From Leucoraja erinacea (lineage: Eukaryota): a stretch of DNA of 64,000 nt. The DNA is taken from contig NC_073382.1 in the NCBI RefSeq assembly GCF_028641065.1, positions 11,408,001 through 11,472,000 on the forward strand, read 5' to 3'. Every line of letters starts with the position of its first letter. Within the stretch, counting starts at the first letter, position 1. Under the pieces are notes generated by a model. It had not been told where the DNA came from. It saw nothing but the letters and a program-made list of their open reading frames with translations, and ran no database searches. Below are positions 47,426 to 60,799 of this stretch, piece after piece. A program made the translations under genes and the position numbers.

Positions 47426-50400
47426 GCAGGTGCAACTGTCAGGTGGCAGTATCTCTCACTGCCAGCCGCCACACGTGGCTCTCGGAAGCGGCCTTTCAGG
47501 ATCTGGTCCCCATGAGCAGCATTTCAATACCCGGGAGAGGGGGTGAAACTACAGGCACCAGTAACCCGCACACTAACGCTTCGACGCCGAAATCAGCGAC
47601 GGAGAAGAGAGTAAAAGCAACCCGCACCAAATGCTGCAAATCCCCGCCCATTAAACCTGTTGTCGACGAGGCCAATTTGTTAATAGGACCAAATATTACA
47701 CACAAATATTAGGTTAAATCGTAAACCCCTTCCTTAAAAATAAAATGATGGTATAATTGTTGATTACTAGAACTAGTTGGGATGCTTGGACATTTGCATT
47801 GGTGAAATAATCTAAACATATTGAGTTGGTTAACATCTAGTTTTCATTTTCTGGGACTTAATTCTGACATGAGATTACCTTTGATTTGGACTAATATTGT
47901 CCCTGATCCTTGGATTGAAACACAAAGACATGAGTATTTTTGAAAAGCAAACTGCCCAAAGCTGTTTCCTGTCTTCAATAATCCTTTCTGATGTTTTATT
48001 GTTTAATCGCTCAAAAAGTGGTAGCAGAATGGGAAGACTTTATTACGATTGCTGGTTGTTAGAGGTCAAAGGAGGCCATGGTGACTCGTGGTTAAATGAG
48101 GTCACTGTGAATCTGCAGAGCCATGAATCGCCCCCTCCCCCACCTCACCCCACCCCCTCCAAAAATAAATAAAATCGCACCAGGAACCGCTGTATATACT
48201 TGGCAGGACAAGCAGCATCTTCGAGAGAGAGGTTGTGTGACAAGACTTGTTATGAAAGGAGTGCGAAGGATTACTTTTTTCGCCCTCTGCCCTACCTAAC
48301 GCGCTTGCAGATTTCTGTTAGTTGACATCAAGAAATGCTTGTATTTCTGCAGCGCCGGTCACGTTCTTTTCAGTTCGTCCCTGACCTCTGCACAATGAAT
48401 GTAAAGTAATGTTGTCGCTGGTGTAATATAGCATTGAAAATGTACAACATCTACAGCATTAGTTTAAATGTTAGTCGTGGCAGAAGAGGGCTTTATCTAT
48501 CTCTCGTGTCCAGAAATAAATAATGAAAACCACGTTAAATGGGGACATATTTTAAGTATCTCCTGTCTTTCAAGAAGATATTGTGGGTGTTGAAGTAAAG
48601 GGCTGGAGAAAGAGCCCTCCCACTTCGTGTTATGCCGCTAATTGGCTTCTTTGGTGTACAGTGATGGTCTTTAAACAAATTAAGCCCTTTGCAAAAGTTT
48701 GTGAAGAATTGCCATAGGAACAGAGGTTCAGTTATTGAGCACACAATGCGGCGTGGGACCGCTCGGCCCCACAGCCACTGGTTCAAATGAACTGCGAGTA
48801 CTTACGGGAAATCCAATTACACATTAGAATCCTATCTGGGCATTAGCAATTTGCTTTCACTGGAAGGCTGATCGTTGAATTGAAGATTTAAAAAAAAAAA
48901 ACGATAAGCCAGAGTCGAATGGAAGTAGGTTTCGTGCAATTCTGTGCCGTCTCATCGCCGTCTGCTGGCATGGGCCGGCGGTTGTAGGTTCGCCCTCGCT
49001 TCTCAATGCAATCCAGAGGTTGTGAACCATTCTAACATTTTAAACAGAAACTAACCCCCCACAACACCAAAAAGACCGACAGCACGAACCTTGGTGCTGT
49101 ACGAAATCAATTCAGAAATGGAGAAGTTAAACATGTTCTGATTCCCAGGGTGGAAGCGGAAAAACCTCAAACATTTTAAATCGTTTCCTTTATTTATGCT
49201 GTTCAGCAAAGAGCAGCTTGTAAGGAAACCTATAACTTTTGGTTTACTTTTAAATGAAAGTTGCGCTTTAATTTTTTTTTAAAAAAGCTCTGTTGATGTG
49301 AAATGTTGGAATTCGGGAGATAAAAGTCAATTAATTCCGATGCCCCGTCATAGCTAGACTGAGAAGAGACGGCGCCGTAAACAAGCCTCACGGATATCAT
49401 TCAAATTTCACAGATGATCTACTCTGAAAACCTCAATCAGTTTCTAATTGAGGGGAAAGAAAATATTGCTTCCTACACTAGGACTAACGATTTAATCATT
49501 ATATCATACACTATGGCTTTTAATTAGGCTAATGCTAATACTGGATGGTAAAAGATAATTCAATACAGTCGTGATGAATTATATAATTGGGTTAACAGAC
49601 AAGGAGTGGGCACGCGTCAATATTCGATATTCAAGCCGTGTAACCGCTAGATTCAATAAAGGGAAACTCTTGCTCAGGATACGAGACTAAATAAAAACTA
49701 CACTCTGAAAACATACGGATATTTTCAATAAAATACCGGGCGCCAAAATATAACTTAGATTCGGCATGTGTTGGGCGAAGCAAGCACACAGTGCGAGTAT
49801 CTTTAGTTCCCACGTTGCATATTCTTGAAGGAAAAGCGAGAACGGGGTGGTTGCACAGATCCTCAGTGGATCGAGCGCTACATTTTATGTTTAAAGGTAG
49901 CACAAATAAATCATAAAGGCCCGTAAAAGCCGATGATATTGTTAATCGTTGACTGCCTATAGGACGGTGGTCCACAGCCTATTGATACTTATTAAAGGAT
50001 ATATACTATAGCGGAATCATGTGTTGCTGTCTCCCAATCGATCAACAGTCGTTTAAAAGAATACAGTATAATTTGGGTCTCAGTTCTGAACAATGCCCAC
50101 GCTTAATTAATTTAAAATGCAGATGAAGTGTTGAATGGTTTTTGTAAGTACAGAGCTAGATTAAAGAAGGCTGTGGCATAATGAGAGGGGCTGGTGTGTT
50201 CCTGAGGGTAAACGACACAAAGACATCATTCAGACCCAGGTGCCTGGGAACTGACAGCTCCCTTTACGGGATCACAGTGACTGCGAGATAAAACACAACT
50301 TTTAAATAACAGCACTTGGGATTTAGAGTGATTAAAAGCAATTTGATGTCAAAACTGACATATTACAACTGCAATAGGAAATCGTAAACCACTCTCCAAC

Positions 50401-51167
50401 GCCGCTCTAATTTTGCAACTTAAGTTCGGAATGGGTCTATCTATGTTTTCCATAAAACAAAGCACAAGTACATTTGCAACATTTCAATTTAAAGAGTTCA
50501 AATGAACAATTATGGGGCTGCCAGCGTTGGGAGCCGATTAAATTGATTCGCGCAAAATGGGCCTTCATCAGAGCAAAAAACTGGTTCAGAAACATAACTT
50601 TCTGAAAATATTGTCTCTTTCGCTTCAAACAGAATCTCCGTGTCCCAATGCGAGGATTCGTGAAACGCCCAACCATACAGATTGTGGTTAATTTCATTTT
50701 TTCATTCAACTAACCGCATCAGTTGTACTCGAATTCGTGTCGACGAATATATTTTAATTAACTGTACAGACCTAGAGTCAAAGACTCGGGATATTTGAAG
50801 ATAATGTCAAGGAGCATTTTAAACCACTTGAAATCCTACAATTTTCGGTTTTATAAACAACGAATTAAATGATTATGAGCTGCTGTGAATAATTACTTTT
50901 TTTTTTAGCTTGGTTGAATATTGATGAAGATAGTTTCGTATAGTGGAGGACAATCGTAAATTAAAAACAGACTCTTCAAAATAATTGTCGCCTAACTGAG
51001 AGTTTGTTTCTTTCTTTCCCACACTGACCTGATTTGAAAAAAGGCGATAACTGCAACTTACTAAACAGCGACATATTTATATTTACACGTATGTTCAAAA
51101 GCCAGAATCATTTGTGTATAAATCGTAAAATCATATTCTATCGTTGATACATTATTATTCTTAAGTA

Positions 51168-51298
51168 GATACAACATGTTGGAGTAACTCAGCGGGTCAG
51201 GTATCGTCTGTGGGGAGAAGGAACCTTCATCTTACTCCAGCATTGTGTGTGTGTCTATCGTCGGTTTAAATCAGCATCTGCAGTTCCTTCCTGTACAG
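51168..51298. mobile_element. Fold-back mini pLTR insertion
   Basis: tggagtaactcagcggg ... ttactccagc; TSD tattcttaagta at 51156-51167 and 51299-51310. Confidence 0.8.
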
Positions 51299-51834
51299 TA
51301 TTCTTAAGTATTTAAGAAAGCAACTTTATATGTTTAAGTCAAGTTTGGTGAATTGCAAATAATTGGCTAACATTGATTAGTACTAATATAAACATAATAA
51401 TAGGAACTTAAATTTGTGATGGGCGGTAGGGTCCCACAACGACATATTTGGCAAAGCATTCTCTAATAGTGTTAGTTGTGGTTAACTAATAGCAAACGTC
51501 CGTCCGGGATGGTGTCATCCTTCGCTTAAGCGGGGTGGTTGAACAATTCAAATTCATCCCCAAGTCGAGGGACAAGTTATGTAATAATCTTTAAGAAGTG
51601 ACATTCTAAGTCATTTGCCGGGATAACGTTGGCCTAATTGCGTAATCGAGCCCAAAGCACGGGCCAGATGTAGCATCTCGGTATAAGCGTCGTTTAAGAT
51701 AGTAATGAATTAGAAGCTTGTTCCGCTATTGAGAGAGATCACGGCTCAACTTTTATCTCTGAGCTGCCTTCTTGGAGTATACCGCATACCCCCTTAATTC
51801 ATTGAATACACATGAATATATCTGCCGATTTCTG

Positions 51835-52440
51835 TCAGCTACAGGGACCAACAACGGCATTAGTCCTGGTCCTGACATTGGCTGCAGCACTGGGCTTCAT
51901 GCTAGGTCTACAGTGGTGATAATACCAGTTTTTGAATTTAGTCTGACTGTCATTGTACGTCCCATCGCTGGAGCCAGTTTCATTCAATGTGGTAGAACGA
52001 GCATTAAGCCCAGTGCTGCAGCCAATGTCATAAACAGTACTAGTGCCATCGTTGAATGAAGTGCTAATGCACGTATTGGTCCCTGTAGCATTAGCTTCAG
52101 TGCAAGATTTAATGTCATCTTTCTCGGGCCAGTACTTTGCTAGCGACAGTGTCAGTGCCATGACTGCGTCAGCCTTGGTGCCAGTCTCAGTACAAGTCTT
52201 AGTTCTACGCCAGAGTCAATCCCTTGTGTTAGTGCCTGAACCCAAAAACAAGTCAGCTGGTAGTGGTGGTGCCAGTGCTATGTCAGAGCTATACACCGGC
52301 GCTAGTAATCGTTTTGGGCCCCCTACTGATGCCAATGCTGATCCCGGCGCCAGTGTCAGTCCAGTATTACAGTCAGAAATGTTCCCGGGACCGTTGCTGG
52401 TTCCAATGCTCGCGCAGTGTTTGGGCAAAAGGCAAGCTCA
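51835..52440. repeat. Decayed short-period repeat (ccagtg/agtgcc) containing a 39 bp inverted repeat
   Basis: Arms 51873-51911 and 51992-52030 match at 36/39. Confidence 0.65.
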
Positions 52441-55400
52441 GTTAGTGATCATTCTTGCCCATTGACTTTCGCAATTCATGCTAAAGCCAGTTTTTTTTTG
52501 TACATCAACTGCGTTAACATCATCTGATGGCTTCTCGGTTCTAAACATTATTTCCACATTGTTATTTATGTTAAATGCATATTTTATATTGCATTTATGA
52601 ATAAAATCTAATTTCCCTAATTCAAAGCTGGGATAAATACTCAATCGGCTGAAGACACGGGTAGAGGGTGAACATGTCATCAGTGCGATAAGTTATAAGG
52701 GTGACTGGTACTGTGCGCGCTACTGTGGCAAGGCATTGAGTAGAATCGTGCATGCGGTTGGCGTTCGGCGAACTTTCTTAAACTGAAAGCCCTCTTCTTT
52801 AGTCGGTTACTGATTAGACTGCAGGCTCTTGTTATCTATTAGGAACTTGGGAAGATATTTCCGCCAACGACTTTTAAGGTCGATTGAAGACAATTCTAAG
52901 TTGGAAAACGGAACATGCGTGTCCCAAGTTCAACATAGTGGAAGCGACAGAGATAGCGACAAAAAGGATAGGAGGCAGAGACGAACTCAGGGGTGGAGAA
53001 CATTTCGTTGCGAGGGTGTCGCAATGATGATCAGAAAAGTAGCAGGTTACGCCAACATTGGGCCCGGTGGCGCACTCGTTGAATGTTTACATTTGGGGTT
53101 ATTGTTAATAAAGATAAACAGTGTCCATTGGTGTAAGCGCCAAGAAACCAGGGTCACAGGTTTAAAGCGATTAGCAAAATAACCAGAGATCGAAGGGGAA
53201 AAATAGTTTTTTTTTTTCATTTATTCAGCAACGATTAACGGGAACAGAGTTACACGGCGATGATAACAGATTCAATCGCAGCTTTCCAAAAGTAAGTAGA
53301 TAAATATTTAAGCGGAAAACACGTGCAGGTTAGAGGATCAAAGCTAGAGAATGCACTTCAAATGTCTAGCAGAGGCCCGATGGGCTGAATGCTCTCGTTT
53401 GGCCTGTAACGATTCTATAAGCATCTGATTCACACACAGTAGACCCACATCCCCATATAATGGCCCTCGCATGCCAATAAATGTGAGCGTGTACTTGTAT
53501 AGCGACACTGTTTATCGCCCTGTGTTGGGCTGGAGTTTAATATTGCTGATATTTAATTGTTATTAAACCATATCTTCTTGTATATTATGCCAATTTTTTG
53601 GTTAATATTCCGGTAAACATTACGCTTCACATGATAAGTTTCATTTCCATTTAATCTGCTGTAGCTCTCTTGGTGTACCTGGACTCCGCGTACAACTCCC
53701 ATTTGTGCGATATTGCAAGCTAACTGGGCTGCACTCACGGTGCATGCGGTGAGTGTCGAGATTTATCTCTCTCTTTGAATAGAGCTTGTTTTGTTTGAAA
53801 ACGTCACGGCTTTTTGTTAATGACATGCTTAATGAAGTCCTTTAATTATGGATTCCATTTTTAAGGGGTCGCGGATCTATGGAATCGGTTCCGAGTCAGA
53901 TAGTCAGTAGGTGGACCATATAAAGTGTATTTCAATATTTAAAATGTAACGAAATTGCTAGAATTCGTCACGAATTTTATATTTATGTCTATTCCGTATG
54001 AGTGTGAAGCGCGCGGGTTGTGTGGACGTGTAAAAGAAAGCGAGATAGAGCGAGCATGTTCGGTTATTCGGAATTCTGCTTTGCCAATGTCGAATCAGTC
54101 TTTTCCCGAAAAAGGTCTTGACAGTTCGATACTGATCGTGAAGCGGTTGGCTGCAACCAAGAGGTGTGGATACCCGGCGGTCAGTTCGCTCAAGTGTGTA
54201 AGTGGTGTTTCAGTTCAGAATTGTGTAATCTCTACTCCGTTAAAACATTAAACATCTCCGACCTGTGATGTCTACTTTAGACTTAGAGGATGTTGGTGGA
54301 ATCAAACCCGAAAGATCAACCTCACCCTACCTAGGCTTAAAGGACGATTTGTGCCAAATACCGTTTTTTTCCCCCACGAAAGGGATTTTAATCTTTACAA
54401 AAAAAACCCCACATGTTTGAGAAACTACGGCATGCTTGTTCATTTTTTTCGGTTCAGGTCTTTATATGATTGGGAATTCTTATTGTCATCCTATCAATAT
54501 CACTGACTCGTCTCTTCAAACCAATGGATTTCGAAAATAATTACATGAAATGGGCAGCTTTCTAAGATTATGATTTAGCTTAAGTGACGATATTCGGCGA
54601 ATCTCTGTAGCCCAGTCAATCGTTCTCGGGTCATTATGCCGCTTTTATTCGAAATATTGGAAAAAAATCACAGACCCGAGTAATTGGGGTTCCTTTGTGC
54701 CGTTGACTCTAAGCTCTGGGGTCACCTAATGTACACTCGTGGCCTGATATCTAATATGTGGCCTTCTTGTCACTGTGTAAAGTCTGACCATAATGAAATC
54801 GATACAATAAAACGGAGTTTTAATGGGTTAATTGACTAGAACTGCTATCATGTTAAAACACCTGTTCTGATAAGGAAATCAGCCAAACACAACATTGTCT
54901 ATCAATATTGCCCTGGCAGGCCGTTTCCTCGCATTATAGTGGGTGTCATTTTCAACAACACTGCGAATAACGGGAAATGGATCAGTTATCCCATCCCATC
55001 AACCTCACTATCAAAGTATAGAGATAGTCCATGATATCCACTTCTTCAGCAGCGACAATCAGTGCGTGATTAAGAACTAGTTGTGTTTCAATCTCGCATA
55101 ATAAGTGGCTAGTGCAAGGGTTCTGCTGAAAGTAAAGCCGCCGACTTATATCCAGCCCACTGCCCACATCTTATTAAAATTAATTTAATCCGCCGTACCT
55201 TAGCTGCCAGTCTAGAAAACTAATATAAAAATTACATTTCAACTTTCAATAACCTTCAAACTCTCGAACGTCATCGTTCTTTCACGGAGAGATGCAACGC
55301 GACTCACAATTTACTCTTCGCCTTCAATTAGAATGGGCGATATAGTTGTGACTTTAAAACATATCTTCCAATTTAGCACGTAAGATGGAGGCAACAAATA

Positions 55401-57361
55401 TATAACCGCTCGGTAAAAAAATATTCTTCTAAATTTCCATATGATTAATTAAATTTACTATAATGATATGATAACGAGTTGCCTTTGAGTTTCACCGTTT
55501 TAATGCGATTCCATTGACTAAATAACAGAAAACAAACCATAGGGGAAATTACTACAATATATCAAATGATGCTTGGATTTTTTTTTAAAAAAACGCATAT
55601 CTTAACAGTATGGGCGATCTGATTCCAATTATAACAAGTCAAATCAACGAAACCTAGTATTGATTCATTCAGTAGCAGTTGCCTTTTACGTCCACTCTCC
55701 CCCCTTTACTTTCTATGAAATTGCGGTCATCTTTGGCTCAGAAGGGCCACAATAATTTTCAACATTTTAAGAAGTACAGACGGGTCACGCCCGTGTGAAG
55801 TTAGACTTACAATGATGCCCGCTCTCTGTGTCCCCTTTAGCACGAACGCGCACTTTGTTTCCGAGAAACTTGATTTTAAAAAAAAAACTAAAAATCGGCA
55901 ATAACCCCTTTCGCGTTTGCGTAGCTGCGCGCAAACCGCGCGGCCTGGCGTTTCTTGCGGCGGGTACATGATCTGGATCCACAACGCTCGCTCAACACAC
56001 ACTGAATGCAGACAATCACATAGAATTTATTATTGATAGAAAGATTTTAAAAGACATTTCGAGTTATTGTTTCTCTTTGCAAAAGGGGACCCTTCTTACA
56101 TAATGAAAAGCCTTTTGTGTAGCGGAGAACAATAAAAAAAAACAAGTATTCTAATAAATGGCCATTTTTGTTCCCACTCGACGCTGAATGAGGATGAACA
56201 AGTGAGTTTGTGAACAGCTGCCACGCTATAAGCAAGGAGGAGGAGCAACGGGCTTCCCAAATGTCAATACTCCGGCAGCTGAGTCCTCTCCCCCCTCCCT
56301 CTCCCTTCACCTCTTCCCTTTCTCACTCCCCACATCCTGCCCATCACTCCCCGCAAATCATCCTCCTCATTCCTCGTCCGCTATCATGTCCATTCCATTC
56401 TCACTTCGCCCTCATGCCCTCCAATCTGCACTCATTCCCTCTTCTCCCAATCTCCTCTCATTTATTTCTCCACCTAACGCTCGCTTCCCACTCGCCGTTC
56501 TGTATTCTGTTTCGAGTTATGTTCGGGTATCGCCGATGCCATTCTTTGACCTTAGTTTAACAACCAGGCTTACTGCTCTGTTTTATATTTGTAATGATAT
56601 AAACTTTTCTTTCTATATCTTAATAATAACGCGAACTGCTCACGTGGATTTCAGATTATCCTTGGCTTCCAGAAATATTGTTCGGGCAAAGAAAATGCTT
56701 TTAATTTGGATCACGGAGACAAAAGTCCTTTGCTTCTTTCAGCAGTGTTTGTCAATCCCTCCACCATCTTACAGAAAATAAAGAGTTAAAATTCAGTTTG
56801 ACGCTACTGCTACACAGCAATCATTCTAAACTCGCAGCTTAAAACAGCTTCAATGGGATCACTTTGGGATGAAGGGACTGAGCCTCTGGGGACTCGGTGC
56901 TTTGTCCGAAGCAGTCTTGTTTACCGTGGATGTGCCGGGGGTGGGAGTGCGGAGGTGCTGGCGCGTTTGGCTGTTGCTGACCCGCTCCATTGCAACCACT
57001 GTGAAAGCAGATCCCTGTTGGCCCACGTTGAAAACATTTTTTAACAGCCGAAGAAAGGGGCAATTCACCTCTCCCCAGGGAGGGTTTGGCTCGGGGACTG
57101 ATAACGGGGCCCAGTTTCCATTACAACAAGCTTTTAAAACTTCCATGGAAAGTAATACAGGAACCTCTCAAGCAAGATCAAACTGTCGACTGTTCTTCCA
57201 GATTCTGGTTGAGACAAAATTCGACTTCTGATCATTATAATCTATATTCATAGTTGGGGGGAAGAAATTGATCCAATTCTTTATAAACAAATGTGTTGCA
57301 TCTCCACCAGGATTTGGGCTCCGGTTGTTCCTGGACTATCCATACAGTAACGTTGCTCCTT

Positions 57362-57755
57362 TTAAGCTGCAAGGACACCAGCATAATCAAGGACCCGACG
57401 CAGCCAGGCCACTCCCTCTTCTCCCCTCTCCCATCGGGCAAAAGGAATAGAAGTGTGAAAACGCACACCTCCCGACTCAGGGACTGATTCTTCCCAGCTG
57501 TTATCAGGCAACTGAACCATCCTACCAACAACCAGAGAGCAGACCTCATCGGAGACCCTTGGGCTATCTTTGATCGGAGTTTACTGGACTTGATCTTGCA
57601 CTAAACATGTTTCCGCCTTATTCCCTTTATCATGTACGTACACTGTGGATGGCTCGATTGTAATCACGTTTTGTCTTTCCGCTGAATAGGTAGCATGTTA
57701 CAAAAGCTTTTCACAATACATCGGCACACGTGGCAATAAACTAAATTCTAAACTC
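57362..57755 (+). mobile_element. Rex1-type LINE 3' end
   Basis: SIIKDPTQPGHSLFSPLPSGKRNRSVKTHTSRLRD; tail gcaataaactaaattctaaact. Confidence 0.85.
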
Positions 57756-58009
57756 TAGAGATGAGCATCTTTCCAATCCACATGCGATTTTTGATTTCCT
57801 TGAGAATTGAGGAAAGGTCAGGAGATGTGGATGGAAGCGTCAAGCGGATTGTGATACAGATTCCAAAGCTTCTCAGGGCCCAGACTCCAGCATATTGGAT
57901 AACGTTGTTTTTTTTAAAAATAATTTAAAGTATCCCGCTACACTCTCCGGGAGACGAAAATGCCGAGGAGATGGAGAGGGAGTAAGTACACATTCAATTT
58001 CACCAGCTC

Positions 58010-58330
58010 CAAGTGGACAACCCATAACCAGACAGGATTGTGTCCATGAAACCACGCGCACTGTAGGGCAATGTCTCAGAGTTCCCAGTTGCTACAGCCT
58101 GGGCACAATGAATGCTAAGTGGCAATGGGCCATCCTGTGCTGAAAGTGGGAGCAACTGAAAGTAAGCTCCGCACAGACTGGGCACCAAACACCACGCAAA
58201 CTGGAACCAAGCACTGTATAAACTACACACAAACACCATGCAGACTGAACCCAAGCATCATGTAAGGACCAGACAAACTGGGCTAAAATGCTGGACACAA
58301 CGCCGCATGCTCTGGGTCCAAACACTAAAT
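58010..58330 (+). repeat. Decayed ~22 bp tandem repeat (about CAGACTGGGCACCAAACACCATG)
   Basis: cagactgggcaccaaacaccacg, caaactggaaccaagcac, cagactgaacccaagcatcatg, ctgggtccaaacac. Confidence 0.5.
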
Positions 58331-58332
58331 AA

Positions 58333-58642
58333 GGGGAGCACAGAGGCGCAGCTTGTGGAAATGCTGCCTCAAAGCACCAGAGACCTTGGTTCGATCCTGA
58401 CCTCGACTGTTGTCTATGTGGAGTTTGTACGTTCTCTATGTGACCGCCAGGTTTTCCACCGGATGCCCCTGCCCCCCCCCCCCCCCCCCCCCCCCCCAAT
58501 TGGACTTTGTAAATTGCCCCGGGTGTCTAAGGGGTGGCTGGGAACGTAGAATAACATAGGACTAGTGTGAAAGGTGAGCAATGGGCGACATGGATTTGGT
58601 GGACGGAACAGCCAGTTTCCATGGTGTATCTCTAAATTAAAC
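58333..58642 (+). mobile_element. HE1-type SINE
   Basis: gaggcgcagcttgtgga..ggttcgatcctgac..ggagtttgtacgttctc..tgtatctctaaattaaac. Confidence 0.8.
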
Positions 58643-58949
58643 TGGGTATGAAACATCACAAAACAATCCTCAAAACTACACAGTTCAGGCAGAAATATAG
58701 CACACTATTTGCCCCAAATTCAAGAAACTATATATTTGAAATGTTTTAAAAAAAAGTGTTGCTCTACTGCTGTTCAAAAGTAACGTAAACATCTGACTGA
58801 ATCTAAATCAAACGTTATTTTTACACGAGAGACAAGTACACAAAATAAATCATACGGCAATAATACTAATCCCACTCAACCAGTACTCTGACAAAATATA
58901 CTTATTCTTCGGATAATTCAAGTTTTGAGCTGCTGCTTAAGATCTAATG

Positions 58950-59452
58950 TGGAGATACAAGGAACTGCAGATTCTGGAATCTTAAGTAAACCACAAAATG
59001 CAGCAATAAATCTGCAGGTCAATCAGCATTTGGGGAGGCAAAGTCTAGGTGACATTTAGGTTCGGGATCCTTCTTCAAAATGTTTTATGCCTGGTGTTAA
59101 TTTTGGGGGGAATGGAAGGAGGAAGGTGCGAGTTAATGTCCAATCTGGGAACGTGATGGAAGCAAGACTATATGGAGGTCCTACAGTATTAGAAGCATAG
59201 ACACTTTAAAAAAGGAAAAATAGAACAAAAAATTACTGGAGTAACCCAGCGGATCTGGCAGTATCTCTGGAGAAGATGGATAGGCGACGTTGCGGGTCGG
59301 GACCCTGCTTCAGACGGAAACGTCACCTGTCCTAGAAAGATCCCTACCTGAAACCCATCCATGTTCTCCAGAGATGCTGCCTGACCTGCTGAGTTCCTTC
59401 AGCATTTTGTGCTTTTTTATTTTGTTAACCAGAATCTGTAGTCTTTTTCCCA
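58950..59452. mobile_element. Penelope pLTR fragments (58950-59080 minus; 59230-59452 fold-back)
   Basis: ggaactgcagattctgg; gacgttgcgggtcgggaccctgcttcagac; tctccagagatgctgcctgacctgctgagtt. Confidence 0.7.
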
Positions 59453-60409
59453 CAATTTTAAAACGACTGTTTTGATTACTTTGGAAATTTCAATTAAGAT
59501 AAATGTAGCTGAGCATATCACTGAACCAGGTAAAGGCTAGATGAAATAAAAAAACAAAACCTAATTAGTTGTATGCAAATTTAATATATGATTGGCAATA
59601 GCAACTGCATGGTGGGAATGGTCTATGTTTAAGCGCTGGATTCAAGTGCAGGTTGCACCAAGTTTACGCGATAGAAAATAATTAAGGGATGCTATCGCGG
59701 TTAGGTTGGCGATATGGTAAGATCTCGGCTCTGTCCCCACGGGCTGTGAACACACTGTGGGGTTCCAGCCGTCATCTAGTTAGACTGACTCTGACAGTAC
59801 TGTCACATTCTGCCACTCTGTGTCTCTGTACTCAGAGAATGTGACAAACAACTGTCAGATCACTATCGAAAACCAGTCACTGGGAGCTCTACCTGTTCAG
59901 TAATCTGTGGTATGTTGTGCATGTTTACATCAGAGAACAAAACTGGAACAATTACAGTTGTTGTTTAGATAACATTATTTTGCACGGTGTTTGTAAGGAC
60001 GTGGGAGTGAGCGAGACAGAACTCATTTTCATGGCTTGATAACCGGATCACTCATCCCTTCACTCCCCTACTTGCAAATAACAATCGGACCTGCGACTTG
60101 GGATGGATGGACATTGGAACTGGTCTACCTGTAAACTTTACGCTTCCTGTTCGACCAATTCTCGGATCTAGGGATAACATTCCAACTATGCAACCCGCCC
60201 GAGATAGGAAAGTACTTTTGGACCTGATTAATTCAAAAGAATAAAAGCTAAGACACGATATCCTTGCCAATTGTGTAAGATTAGTCACTGCAAACATTGC
60301 TATTGAAATGTTTTAGAAGTTTCTTTAATATCACAATTGGATCAACACTCGGGTAAAACATAGCACCACGCGAATCTAATTTAAGTATCCCTCTCTATTG
60401 CATAAAATA

Positions 60410-60585
60410 GAACATGCTGCAAACGCAGAGCAGGTCAGGCAGCATCCATGGCAGGAAAACTAGAAGGTACACAAAAATGCTGGAAAAACTCAGCGGGCGC
60501 AGCAGCATCTATGGTGCGAAGAAGATAGGCAACGTTTCGGGCCGAAACCCTTCTTCAGACTGATAAGGGGTGGGGGGAGGCGGGA
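60410..60585 (-). mobile_element. Penelope pLTR fragments
   Basis: gaaggtacacaaaaatgctgg..actcagcgggcgcagcagcatctatgg. Confidence 0.8.
60528..60563 (-). ncRNA. Putative minimal type I hammerhead ribozyme motif (best-preserved copy)
   Basis: Minus strand tcagt-CTGAAGA-a-gggtttcggccc-GAAAC-GTT-gcc, i.e. CUGANGA, stem II, GAAA and NUH. Confidence 0.55.
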
Positions 60586-60799
60586 GCGTTACCGATGGTA
60601 CACCCTTAGACCGTTTTTGTAAAGTTTGCTGCATCCCCACTTGTCTTTTGTAGTGTTGATTGGGAAAACGGTTCTTTAAATGTCAATACACAGTTATTTT
60701 TCATATATATTACACGAATGATAATTATAAGATTACCATTTTTCCTTTGAAAATGTCAATTTACAGTGCGCCATATAGGCAGCGGGACAGTTAGAAATT

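Noticed and set aside
51835-52465. Secreted or mucin-like small proteins
   Set aside because: ORFs on both strands arise from short-period repeats; no splice or promoter support
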